Origin: Psammoneis japonica
Taxonomy: Eukaryota
DNA: 64,000 nucleotides
Direction of reading: 5' to 3'
Assembly (NCBI GenBank): GCA_008632985.1
Contig: QPGO01000055.1
Location: 225,100 to 289,099 of the forward strand
Both the position numbers and the translations under genes were made by a program. Shown piece by piece: positions 23,996 through 35,959 of this stretch; within the stretch, counting starts at the first letter, position 1; each line of letters opens with the position of its first letter. The notes under the pieces were generated by a model. It was not told where the DNA came from. It ran no database searches and was given only the letters and a program-made list of their open reading frames with translations.

Positions 23996-24754
23996 ATGGC
24001 ATTGAAACGCAAGGCACAAGATCCATGTCTCGTTAGTCCAGGGGACAGCACAGGGAAACGGTCGAGACCATCGTCTCCATGCGAGTCTACTGACACGACG
24101 GAGGAGATTGCCATGTGGCAGCCACCTCCGTCGGCCTTGCCAAGAACCACTAGCACATCGCGCTCTGAAATTATTGTAACCGCGTCTGTTTCTGCCACAT
24201 CAGATGAAACCGACGGAATCATCAAGCCCGGTGACAACGACGTTGTTTGCAAACGTGGCGGTCGGGCCATCAAGAACCCGGGAAATGCTCTCTATCGAAA
24301 CTTGATCAACAGCAAGAAAACAGATTATCAAACGTGCAGCCAAGAATTCAAAACAGAGATTGCCATGTCCATTGTGAGCAAGATACACGGACAAACACCC
24401 GCTGGTAGATTTCTCATGTTGGATCCCAAGACCCAACTCTGGTTCGAAATACCAAAGATGAAGGCTTTACAGAAAACGAGCATGGCGCTCGCACAAGCCA
24501 AGAGAGACCGAATCACAAAGACCGACACGTTCAAGGTGAAAATCGAGGTCACAGACACTGAGAGCAATGGTGATATTAGTGATTGTTCTCATTCGCTAGA
24601 AGAAATATCAGAGCTCACCAACGAAGATGACTTTTTGCCACTCCCATACAATGGACCCGCCATGACTCAGTACGACAGGGATTTTGTTGCCTTTATGAAC
24701 ACCAAAGGTGTTCTCCACGCGCTATTTGACGAAGGGAAATTCTTTTCTCGTTAG
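23996..24754 (+). CDS. DUF6824-domain protein (diatom-expanded family)
   Basis: PGDNDVVCKRGGRAIKNPGNALYR...K..IAMSIV...GRFL...W......KTSMAL. Confidence 0.8.
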   Translation: MALKRKAQDPCLVSPGDSTGKRSRPSSPCESTDTTEEIAMWQPPPSALPRTTSTSRSEIIVTASVSATSDETDGIIKPGDNDVVCKRGGRAIKNPGNALYRNLINSKKTDYQTCSQEFKTEIAMSIVSKIHGQTPAGRFLMLDPKTQLWFEIPKMKALQKTSMALAQAKRDRITKTDTFKVKIEVTDTESNGDISDCSHSLEEISELTNEDDFLPLPYNGPAMTQYDRDFVAFMNTKGVLHALFDEGKFFSR

Positions 24755-24832
24755 AGGGGTATCAAATATCAACGTTTGATTACCGATGGAGCGTTGCTAT
24801 GGGGCGCAATGTTCCTGCCAAAGAAGACTCAT

Positions 24833-25383
24833 ACTATGAAGGAGTAAACCGATAACTACAGCTTATTGTATCTATGTTTTAGCATTTTTACAGACGCCTT
24901 CTTTCTTCTTCTCCATGAAAATACCGCAGTACTCTGAGACGGTACAATCTGTTGTTTGCTTTTAAAAAGTAGAGATCTTTTGGGACAGTCTCGTCCCCTT
25001 TGATGGGGAGCCACCACTAAATCATCCCGTCACTAATGTATGGGCCACAAGATGAATCTCTCGGTTAAGGATTAACTGTATGAAGACGACAGGTTACTCT
25101 CTGAATACAGGGTCCACTGTCTAGCAAAGCGTGGCCTTCAACTAAGGAGAGACCTGGAAAAATTAAGCCTGGGAGGACGTGTAAAATGTGAACCAAATTC
25201 GACACCTTGATGAAAGCGTTGGAATTTGTGGAAAACTGTCACTGGCCTAGCTAGAAATAAAGATGAAACAAACCATGCATGTTCAATTTAACTTAGATGT
25301 TGTGGCAAACGTCTTTAGAGAAGCTTCTTGTGTTTCTTTTTCTTCTCAGGTGGCTGGACAGGAACTTCTTGTCAAATGACAAT
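24833..25383 (-). repeat. Duplicate of the SERRATE 3' end and downstream flank (39481-39871) with a ~172-bp insertion (24978-25149)
   Basis: Colinear from ACTATGAAGG to CAAATGACAAT in both places. Confidence 0.9.
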
Positions 25384-25790
25384 GCAGAGTTGAGGTGTTG
25401 TCCTGTGCAGCTGGCAATTTGCTGGGTTGTTTTTGAAAAGGTGTCAGCTTGCTGCTGTTTGCCCCCTGTCTTGTCACACACAAAGACAGTGTGCAGCTCC
25501 TCTGAGCACCCCTTGAGCTTGCTTTGCATCTCTGTGGTCACGCAGCTCCTCTGTGCACCCCCCTCTCCTTTTGCAGTCTCTTCTTGAGCCCTGCCCCTGT
25601 TTTTGAGCACATTTGCTGGCCTGCCACTCATCTCAAATGGCTTTGAAGCTGCTGCCAGCATGCTGGGTGCCTGGTTGCTGCCATTGTCTCCAACAGTTTC
25701 AGCATTTTGGGCACGGCTGTGTTGGAGCAACTGCACTGACTTTTTGGGCTTGGGCCTGCAAAGTCACAGATCTCACCCTGCACTGGAGAA
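25384..25790 (-). pseudogene. Copia gag N-terminal fragment, inverted relative to the adjacent element
   Basis: KGCSEELHTVFVCD...QADTFSKTTQQIASCTG resembles the start of diatom Copia gag (KG..EL....YD...QAD.F.KTT..IA.YVG). Confidence 0.55.
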
Positions 25791-25849
25791 GATCAGCACA
25801 CTCTGGTGGGTGTGGAAATGACAGCTCTGCTCTAGAGCAAGCTGGCTTG

Positions 25850-28800
25850 CCTGTCTCTCTTTCACACTGTGATCTTGTCGGTTTGCCCAACATCAATTTT
25901 AGTCTGCCAAAAGATGGTGATTCTGACTGCAATTCTGAGCCAGCCAAGAAAGAGCAAGAAGAAAAAGCACTCAAGTGTGAGTGCAAAGTGGAGCTCAGTG
26001 GCTGCCACAAAAAGTTGAAACAGTTCAAAGAAGAGAACAAGACTGCCACAGTCACCAAGATTCTAGATGACTTCTGCACCAAGCAAATGAAGCAGAGATT
26101 GACAGGTGATCCTGGCTTTGACAAGATCAAGGATGGTCCAATTGAGCCAATGAAAGTGATTCAATTCCTGACACTTGACTCAGTGAGAGGTCGACATCCA
26201 TTCCACATGCTTGCCAAGGCCATGAAGAACACCCTGGAAGTGAGTCAGCAAGAAAAGAATGAGTCGTTGAATGACTGTCTGTCAAGGTTCAAGAACCAAG
26301 GAGATGCTGCCAGTGAAGCACTTGGGGAGGAGATGTTAAATGGACTCATCTTGAACACCAAAGAGTTTGAGGATGCCAGTGCAGGCAAGCAAGAAAAGCT
26401 GAGGAATGCAGCATTCAAGACATGGACAACTTGTCCACTTCCAGAAAACAGCTGCAGCTGCTGTCACAAGAGCCTCAAGAAAAGCTTTGCAGTCTTTTGG
26501 AAGGAATGCGCACCCAAAGACTCTGGACAGGGCAATGGATGTGCTGGTGCTGAACCATCCCTGGGACAATGATCCCAAAAACTGTCACAAGAAGAAGAGC
26601 GATGAATGAAGAGAGGGGAGCAGCAGCAACAACAAGAGCAATGGAGTCTGACAATGCAAAGGACCACCAGAGTCATGCCCAGAAGATTGGCAACAGTGAC
26701 ACAACTGCGCGCCACTGCTGTGGTGAACCAAGTCACAAGTCCCCACAATGCAAGCACATGAGAATGATGTTGCACTTGATGACTGGCGCAAGAACACTGG
26801 ATGGAACAAACTGGGTGCCAGGGGACAGGCAGCGAGCCATGCACAGGCTCAAGGTGGCAATGAAAACCACTCATTGGCTGGCAGTGATGACACGTGAGTG
26901 TCACCACCAGTGCTGGATCTGCTGGATCAACATGTTCTGCCAACAGCAGAGGAGCAGGATGGACTGGACTGCAGCTGGTCAACATCAAACCAGAGACAAG
27001 TGTGATCCAAGCCAATGCAGGCATTGAGAGAGATGAAATCATCCTCAACAATGGCTCAACCCTCAGTGTGGCAGCAAGCTGGAAGTCAGTGCACAATGTG
27101 CAACAAACAAAGACCAACATTGATTTGTCCATGAACACAAGAGTGGACACCCCAGACAAGAAGCGGGCTGCACAATGCCCTGATGGGGGGGACATGAAGC
27201 TTGGATCTGAGGGCACAACAGCAAACATCCCAAGTTGAAGGATGTGAAGAGCAGATGCTGTGTGACATGCAATGACAGAGTGGTGGATGAGCTCTGGCTG
27301 CTGAGCAAAAAAAAACTGGCAAACAACAAGAAGCGGCATTCAAGGCCAATGATGTTGGGCTGCACATGCTCACTCTGAGCCAGCAATTCTTTGGCTGCAT
27401 CAAAAAATTCCAAGAGAATGAGTCACATGTGAGCATGTCATTGAAGAAGAAGAAGATGATGATGAGTGAGAAACAGAAACACAACACAAAACAGAGTGCA
27501 CCCAGAACCACCCAAAAGCCAAGCAAGTGCTCAGGCTGCACCAGCAGCATGAGGCTGGAACACCTGGTGCAAGAGATTTCAAGCAATTTTCATGTTCCAA
27601 TCTGGTGAAGAATCTGTTCATCACACCAGAAGATGTTGACAAAATGGCAACCATTTGGGGTCCACCCCTGTGGATGTGTTGAAGGTCAAGACCAAGCGTG
27701 CATGTTGTTCCCATGAGAGGAACAACATGACAGCCATTCCATCTGAGATTTGTGAGAAGCAGAGAAAAGGTGTGACACTCTGCATTGCTTGATGCCATGG
27801 AGGCATGTGCAGAGCCAAGCTGCTGCACAAGATTGACAAGATGATCAAGTGCAACCAAGTGTGAGACTGAAGCCCAAGAAGCACACTGGTTTGCACACAG
27901 TGCACTGGACATGATTCTCTGACAGTGCAGCACGGCACTGTTCAAGATTGACTTCATTGAGTGTGATCCCGAATTCAAGGCTGTCCAGCCAAAGTGCCAG
28001 ATGGCATGAGTTTGGAGTTGCTGGATGTCAACACCAGTGACCATGTGCCAGAAGCAGAGCATTGGGGCCATCAAGGAGCAAACCTGGGCTGCTGCGCACC
28101 ACCTGCCATGCAAGATGATGCCCAAGTTGATGTGCAAGCATGCCGCAATCAACAGGGTGCTGCAATGAAGGAACCTTGTGACTGGCTGTGACAAGCACTT
28201 TGAGCTTGCCTTTGGAGAATTTGTCCCATCCCACATTGAGAACAACCCTGCCAACACAGTGGGGACATGTTTGTGGCATTGGCAGCACACAACACTTTGA
28301 CTCACCCAAGGGTGGCAACTGCACTGTGAACCTGCACACAAGGAACCTTCTGAGCCCCTGCAAGTGCACCTCAGCTCCACTGACTGACACACATGTTTTG
28401 AGTGGTTGAGAAGATGGCATCCTCCCAAGGCAACAAGGGCTTCAAGTTCACCGGGAAACACAGTGACGACACAATCTCCGTGGTGCTGGTTGGGCTGCAG
28501 GAGTGGGGCTGGACAAGAAAGGTGAAAGCAACAGCAACAGCAAAGACAAAAACAAACAAGACAAAAATGACATGAACATTGTGACAGGTGCAGAGTCAGA
28601 TGACAGTGAGTGCAAACATGACTCAGCAGATGAAGAGCGCAAAGAAGCATGCAGTGCATTGGCAAACAAAAGTTTCAGCCCCAATCACCTGCATGCAAAC
28701 CAAGTGTCAGATGAAGAGTGCTGCTCTGCAACTGTGAAGAACAAGATGATGATCCATTGGAAGATGAAAATGAACACCATGAAGGCAATGATCTGTCACA

Positions 28801-30700
28801 GAAGACAATGAAGAACCCCAAGAAGATGCTAAATGGGAAGGTGGAAGAATGGCAAAAGAAGCAAGAGATCTGCCAGGATGAGTGACACGGGGCCAAAAGT
28901 GCCTCAACACCATGTTGCGGATCAGAGCACCCATGAGAGAAGCCAAGAGCGAGAAAGTTTAATTTGCTGGAGTGGTGGACAGCACCAAGAAAGTGCAAGC
29001 AAAGTGCCATTGAATGCTTGCAACCTGACATGAGCCCCAATCCTGAGGATCATGTCAAACATGACATGCAAGCCAGAAAGGTTGTGGCCCAATTCACACG
29101 TGAGACCAATGACTGAGTTTGAGTGGGGGAGGCTGTCTCCTTTGCCCAGCAACACCTGCTGCATGAGGGCATTGAAGAACTTGACCAGAAGGGGTGTCAA
29201 ACAGCTGCACAACCAAGTGTGCTTTGCACCAACATCAGTTGAGGACATGACTCTGAGTGAAAGGGCCAAGGCCACAACAGCCTTGGTGCTATTTCTGATG
29301 GAGAAGCAAGATGGTTGGGTCAATGGGCACATGGTTTGCAGTGGGAAGCCAACCAGAGAATGGCTTGACAAGGGTGGATCAGCCAGCCCAATGGCATCAT
29401 TGGAAGGAGCGCTGATGACAGCCATTGACGAAATTGTGGAAGAGCATGACATCATGAGTGCACTTGTTCCAAACACATTCATTCAGATGTTGACATCAGA
29501 GCCTGAGCAAGGTGAGGACTGGACAGTGATGAAGCTTGCAGGAGCATTGGCAGACATGTCAGTGAACATTGATCCCAACCTGTGCAGACCATGTGTGGTT
29601 GCAGAGAAGGGGGGGGAAGCAAGAGAGTCATCCTCTGTGTCCAAGTCATCAGAGCTGTTTTTGTGGCACAAGAAACTTTGCAAGGACTTGGAAAAGAACA
29701 GGCTTGAGTTTGTCCCATGCAATCTGTGCATTGTCAACTGAGCAGTCAATTGCAAGCAGCGCACAACACATTTCCACATGGGCAACCTTTTGATGAGCCA
29801 CGTCAACCCAAAAGTGAATGACAAATTCCTGAGATGACTGAACAAGCTGCACAGAAGTCATTGCAAGGCCATGGCAACCTCAGGGAAGAAGCAAGGCCAC
29901 CTTGGAATGACCCTGTGTTTTGCCACCAAGGGCAAGGTGAAGGTTGACATGACCAAGTGTGTTCAGAAGATGACCAATGAGTTTCCAGAAAAGATCAAGA
30001 TGAGTGTGGGTGCCATGGCAACACCAGCAGGAGACAACATGTTCTTTGACACCAGTGGCATGAGATTGCCAACCAAGAAAGCAGTGAAACTCCACACATG
30101 GGCACCCAAAGGACTGCTCACATCCAAGAGAGGCTGGGTGGATGTGTGCCCTGCTGTTGCAGCACTGTGCACTTCAGTCAGAGAACCCACCAACAAGGGT
30201 TGGGGGCAGTTGCTCTGTTGCATCAAGTGCCTGAACCAGGAATGAAATGAAGCCACTGCTCTGAGCGCAGATCACCTCTGAGCAACAAAGTGGTGCATGG
30301 ATGCATCATTTGCCATGCAAGCTCAACACCCAAAGCAGCATGCTGAAGCTGGGCTTGTTGGAGTTGATGATGCAATGACTGTGATGATCCTGTGGACAAA
30401 GTCATTTGTGGAGCACAAGGGGTGTCCAGTCAACAAGAATGTCCTGCATCAGGACAAGAACAAGAGTGCCACCCCCGCTGGAGAGCAATGGGTGCAGGAG
30501 TGCCAGAAAGCACTCAAGAGCACTCAACACTCAGCATTTCTTTGCCACCAAGTTGAGAAGGGCAACCTCAGAGTGCAGCATTGCCCAGCTGATGACATGT
30601 TGGGAAACTTGATGACAAAGCCATTGCAGGGCAAGAAGTTTTGAAAATTTGAGCAAGCCATTGAGGGTTGTCAGCAGCAGCCATGGCAGGCAAGGTGCCT
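25850..30700 (+). mobile_element. Degenerate Ty1/Copia (CoDi-like) LTR retrotransposon internal region
   Basis: Order gag (ESLNDCLSRFK), zinc knuckle (HCCGEPSHKSPQC), protease (IILNNGST), integrase (CDPEFK, DHVPEAEH), RT (FLMEKQDG, SASPMASLE), RNase H (DASFA, AEAGLVGVDDAM, HCPADDMLGNLMTKPLQG). LTRs not identified. Confidence 0.88.
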
Positions 30701-31261
30701 GCCTGTCCTGCAATGTCAGATGAGAATTCTGCCTGATGCATGTGGGTGAAAGATCCTTGCAAGCACTGAAAACCATGCAGAGCCAAGACATGAATGGGTT
30801 GCAGCTCAAGTCATCAAAGATTTGTCCATTGAGAACAAGCATTCTTGACGATGACAGATCAGGTTTGCAGTCTGACACATGACGACGTGTCTGCTCAAAG
30901 CTGGCCAACTGCTGGCACATGACAGAATGGCCAAAGGACCAGGGCAGGAGAACCAGCAAAGCTGAAGAGAAAGATTTGCAGATCTGCTTGCTTGAAACAA
31001 GGCATTGGAGAAAGCACAGAAGATTGGAGCCCATGGCTCAATTTTAAACACAGCTTGGAGCAAAGAGAAATCCACAGACCAGATGCTTTAGATTGCTGTC
31101 AGCTCTCATTGGATGAAGAGAGAGAGAGAGAGTGACAGGGAGAGTGAGAGAGACAGAGAGAGAGAGAGACAGCAATTGAATTTGAATGGTCTTGGTCAAC
31201 TTGTCCGTCCTCCTTTGGATCTTTTGATGCAACAGCGCCCACCATGTGAACAACAGCAGCC

Positions 31262-31313
31262 AGCAGCTGATGAAGCCACTGCCCGTGAAAGTCTCATTGT
31301 CCTGACTTCAGCC
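31262..31313 (+). ncRNA. Decayed hammerhead copy
   Basis: CTGATGAAGCCACTGCCCGTGAAAGTC...GACTTCAGCC. Confidence 0.55.
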
Positions 31314-32304
31314 AATGTTGTTGTGCCTGCTGTTCACTGAAACAGCTGGACAAATGTCTGATTGAGTGGCTCTGCCTCAGCTGCTGGTGTCATTTGTTTG
31401 TCACATTCAACGGAAATTGGCTTTGCCAATTTTGATCATTCCAGAGAGAGAGAGGCAGAGAGAGAGAGAGAGAGAGAGTGCAAAGGAACCACCCTCCCCA
31501 CCGCATGCCATGCTCTGCCATGCACTGCATGAAGCTGTGCTCCCAGAGGAGTTTAGCGCCAACCTCATCCATTGCAAGCGATTCATTGATGATGTCTTCA
31601 GCATTTGGAAAATCACCGAACCTGCCACTGACACCGCATGTTGGAGGGCCGCATTTGCCTCCAGACTGAATGACTGCAAAATCAATTGGGTCATGAGCCC
31701 GCAGTCACTCCAATCCAATTTTATGGATCTCACCATCACACTCCAAGGCTCCCACATCCACACCACTCTCTATGAGAAAGAGATGAATCTGCATCCATGC
31801 ATTCCACCACACTCAGCTCACCCACCTGGAGTGCTCACTGGCCTGATTGTGGGCACGCTCTTCCACTTTAAAAACCTTTGCTCCAATCCATCCGACGCTA
31901 AAGCAAAGATGAAATCACTCTGCCTGCGCCTTCTTGCTCAAGGCCACAAACCCAGCAAGCTGCAACCCATTTTCCAAAAAGCATGCAACCACTTTTTTTG
32001 AAACGAGACCACAGTGGAAGCACCTCCAACCAACCCACCCATCTCCCTCCACATCCCCCATCATCCAAATGACCCACCATCTGGCAAACTGCAGAAGATT
32101 TGGAAAGAAATGATGGCCTCTCCACCCTGCTCCCAACCACCAGCCAACATCTGCAACCATGCCCAGCAACGCATTGGCCTGGACCATGTGATCATCTGCT
32201 GCAGCCGATCACGCAACCTTGGCAACCTCCTTTCGCACTGCATCCTTCACGTCTCCAATGCCCTCGCAGTTTTGTCCTGCCGGGTTGCAAACAGGGAGGC
32301 CACT

Positions 32305-32335
<31 letters not shown>

Positions 32336-32444
32336 CGCGCGGCAAACTTGTGCCAAAAAATTGGTCGATCAAGTCCACCCGCCCATCCTCCACCCCTTGG
32401 ATCCTTTTGGCGCAACAACTTCAACCACTTCAACAACATCAGCC

Positions 32445-32490
32445 GGCCGCTGATGAAGCCACCACAAAAGTCTCACTCCTGACTTCAGCC
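32445..32490 (+). ncRNA. Decayed hammerhead copy (GAAA box lost)
   Basis: GGCCGCTGATGAAGCCACCACAAAAGTC...GACTTCAGCC; differs from the 35761 copy by CG->CA changes. Confidence 0.6.
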
Positions 32491-32623
32491 AATGTTGTTG
32501 TGCCTGCCATTTGTCAAAACAGTTGGACAAAGATCCAAGCTGGCAGCTCTGCCTTGGCTGCTTTTGTTCTTTGTTTGTCGCATTTGATGGAGAATTGGCT
32601 GCGCCAGTTCTGTTGTTTTTCAA

Positions 32624-33622
32624 ATGTCGAAAACTGCTGAACAGAGCCAGGAGTTTTTAGCTCTGCAGGAGGAAACCAACGACCTCATCTCTACAACCCA
32701 ACTGGCTTTCAAAAAGCAAGTTGTCCAAGCCACCAAGATTGAACTCCGAGTCATCCAAGAAGAAATTTTGGAGTCGTGCGCGAAAGCCATCCGACTCGCA
32801 ACCGAAAGTTTCGTTGTGGCCGACAGCATCAACACGCCTGTCGACACTGCAGTGGTCACCCCACTCGACCGCTGCCATGAGACGTCACTCAAACACGTCA
32901 TGGCCCGCGACCTCAATGCCTTCCTTGCCAAGCACAAGACTGCAAACACCGTCCCTGACCTGCCTCAACCGCTGGTTGCCCCTGCCGCTCGACTGACACA
33001 AGAAGAGGACCGAGCTGGCGACTCCTTGTTCCTAACGCAAGAACCCGCACCAGCACCAGCAGCTCCGCAGATCACCGCCGCACAACAGAAAGTCGAGACT
33101 GAGCTCAGCAAGATTTTCTGAGCATTTGAATGCATCTTCGTGTCTCCCTGGGAAACCCACCTCAAAACCAAAAAGAAACACGATGTCAGCCTCCAGCTGA
33201 AGAAACTGAACAAAGAACACTTTGACACAGAGGCCACCGAACACGCCAACATGGAATTTGACAATGAAGCCGCCGTCGACCCTGCCACCCTGCAAGAACT
33301 GATCCGCAAGGAAACCGAGAAAAACACCAAAAAACTCTCCCAACAGGTCAACTCGCTTGCCCAACGAATCAAGTCCATGAAGGCTCAATCAAACACCCAG
33401 AGGGGCCGCACTCACACCGCCGGCGCCTCATCACAAAAAGAAAAAGGCAAAGGTGCCTCATCGGGTCAACCGAGGAAACAACGTCCTCAGCGCGACCGCG
33501 AAGCCGACGATGCCGACAACGACACCGCCAGCGCCAACAAAAGCAATCGCCGTCGCTCCAAATCGAAACAGCCATCGAAAAAGAAGCAACAGCACTCCAG
33601 CACCAATCGGAACAGGCGCTAG
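32624..33622 (+). pseudogene. ORF1 of the Penelope-like element (helical/coiled-coil, basic C-terminus)
   Basis: Two in-frame ORFs (32624-33121, 33140-33622) separated by one TGA, likely from CGA. Confidence 0.7.
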
Positions 33623-33714
33623 AGGCGATCCACCGCCGAATCCACCGCACACACGGATTCGTCGCCGATCCATCTCGCACAACCCACCACAACGCCTGCA
33701 CCCACCTCCAACAC

Positions 33715-35633
33715 ATGCCTGCCTGGTGCCACTTCAGCAGGCCCTCTCACCTTGCCTTCCATGATTGCACCACAATGAAACAACCACCAAAAAACCTTCA
33801 ATCACCACTCGGTCTCGGCTTGAAATTGATCCCAACACCACGCTTCACCAATGACGGGAAGTCCTCCAAGATCCAAGAACACACACTCGGACGATTCAAG
33901 CAAGACCTCGACAAGCATGAGCATTTTGCCAATGCCCCAATTGACAATGCTGACGGAGATTACAACCCCCGGATGTGCCTCCGGTCCAATTGGACACCTC
34001 CCTCTTGGAAACTCACCAACATCATCAAATGCCGCTGCACCACTTTCAAGACACAAGTCACCAAGCTGCTCGTGAAACGCCATGGCAGAACCAACCTCCT
34101 GCCTCACCAACGTCGCGCCCTCACCCACCTTCACAAACAAGATGACTTCATGATGGCTCAATGCGATAAGAACTTGGGACCCGCCATCATCGAAAAGACT
34201 GAACACATCAAGATGGCATGTCGCGACCACCTTAACAACACCAACGCATGTCGTTTCCTCAACGAATTTGAAACCCGATTCTATGAACGCGGCATCAAAA
34301 ACCTCCTCAACGATTGGCTCATGACATGCAAAGCCAGCCTCACCCCCATGGAACGCAAGCACCTCAAAAACTGTCTCGAAACTAACGAAGACCCGTTCCC
34401 TGTCTTCTGCCTCACTCCAAAGGTGCACAAGCCCCCGCCGCTACGATCTCGACCAATCGTTTCCACCAGCGGCAGCCCACTCTACGGCTCAGGCATCTGG
34501 GTAGACGACAAGCTCCAGAAGATTGCTCGCCACCAACGTTCACACTTCAAGAGCTCCCTGGACCTGAAACAAGCACTCGTCCGGATGGAGTTGCCACCGA
34601 ACTGCCTCCTCTTCACATCCGACGCCGAGGCCTGCTGCTCCAACATGCCCACCAATGAAGCACTTCGATTGATCGCCGCCTGCCTCCGACGTCATGAAAA
34701 TGACTGCAACGATGTGCCAACGGACGCCCTCATCAAAGCCCTCCGAATCGTTGTGGAAAACAATGTGTTCACATTCGGAGATGCAACCTGGCACCAGCGC
34801 AATGGAACCTGCCATGGGTGCACCACCCGCCCCTCCATGCGCTGCCTCATGCTGCGCACTTCACGAAGACACACTCCTGGAGGAGTTTAGCTCCCAGCTG
34901 TTTTATTGCAAACGATTCATTGACAACGTCTTTGGCATTTGGCGCATCACCGACTCTGCCACCGACTCCGCCACCTGGGAAGCATTTGCCTCCAGGCTCA
35001 ACGACTTCGACATCACCTGGATCACGAGCGCCCGAAGCTGCCAAGTCAACTTCATGGACCTCACGATCTCACTCCAAGGCTCCCACCTGCATGCCACCCT
35101 TCATGAAAAAGAAATGAACCCACACATGCACATCCCGCCTCACTCAGCTCATCCGCCTGGAGCACTCACCGGCCTCATCATGGGCATGCTCTTTCGCTTC
35201 AAAAACCTCTGCTCCGACACTGACGATGCCAAAGCGAAAATGAGACTGCTCTGCCTTCAACTTCAAGCTCGAGGCTGCAAGCCCAGCAAACTGCAACCGC
35301 TCTTCCACAAGGCACATGACCGCATCTTTGGCAACGCCACCGGAACAATCCAAGCACCTCAGTCAAACCCCATCTTTCTGCACATTTCCCATCATCCGAA
35401 TGATCCGCCATCAAGTGAACTGCAGCAAATTTGGAAAGGTGCCATGGCCACCCCTCCCGGCTCACAACCCCTCTCAAACCTTCGAAATCACGCTCGACAA
35501 CGCATCGGCCTTGACCGCATGATTGTCTGTCATGGCCGCTCACACAACCTCGGAAACCTTCTGTCTTGTCACAAACTTTGCATCTCCCATGGCCCCCCAG
35601 TTTCGTCCTGCCGGATTGCAAACAGGGAGGCCC

Positions 35634-35666
<33 letters not shown>

Positions 35667-35671
35667 GGTGA
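33715..35671 (+). pseudogene. Penelope-type reverse transcriptase, frameshifted, no visible endonuclease
   Basis: DKNLG, PKVHK...RPIVS..GSP, NNVFTFG...Q.NG, AMGAPPAP, KRFIDN(D)VFGIW, VNFMDLTI, IPPHSAHP; frameshift near 34810. Confidence 0.88.
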
Positions 35672-35760
35672 TTTGAACCAATCAATCGAGTCAACTCGCC
35701 TGTCCTCCACCACTCGGATTTTTTAACGCAACAACCTCAACCACGTCAACAACAACAGCC

Positions 35761-35808
35761 GGCCGCTGATGAAGCCACCGCGAAAGTCTCATTCTCCTGA
35801 CTTCGGCC
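35761..35808 (+). ncRNA. Minimal type I hammerhead ribozyme motif
   Basis: GGCCG-CTGATGA-AGCCACCGC-GAAA-GTC(loop)GAC-TT-CGGCC: conserved core boxes, stem I GGCCG/CGGCC, stem III GTC/GAC. Confidence 0.75.
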
Positions 35809-35959
35809 AACGTTGTTGTGCCTGCCACCCACCGAAATAGTTGGATAAATGTCCGATTAAGCAGCTCTACCTTAGCTGCTTGCATTCTTTGTTTGTCACA
35901 TTTGACGGAGAATCGGCTGCGCCGATTCGTTCGTTCATTCGAGAGGAGAGAGAGAGAGA

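Larger units (their letters stand above)
31117..35958 (+). mobile_element. Tandem array of a Penelope-like retroelement (one near-full copy, one 3' fragment, three terminal-repeat segments) punctuated by (GA)n tracts
   Basis: (GA)n at ~31117-31170, 31443-31478, 32305-32331, 35636-35664, 35941-35958; ~280-bp repeats at 31171-31442, 32335-32620, 35665-35940; 31488-32303 duplicates ~34825-35634. Confidence 0.85.

Noticed and set aside
30700..31110. Possible 3' LTR of the Copia
   Set aside because: No matching 5' copy found in the window.
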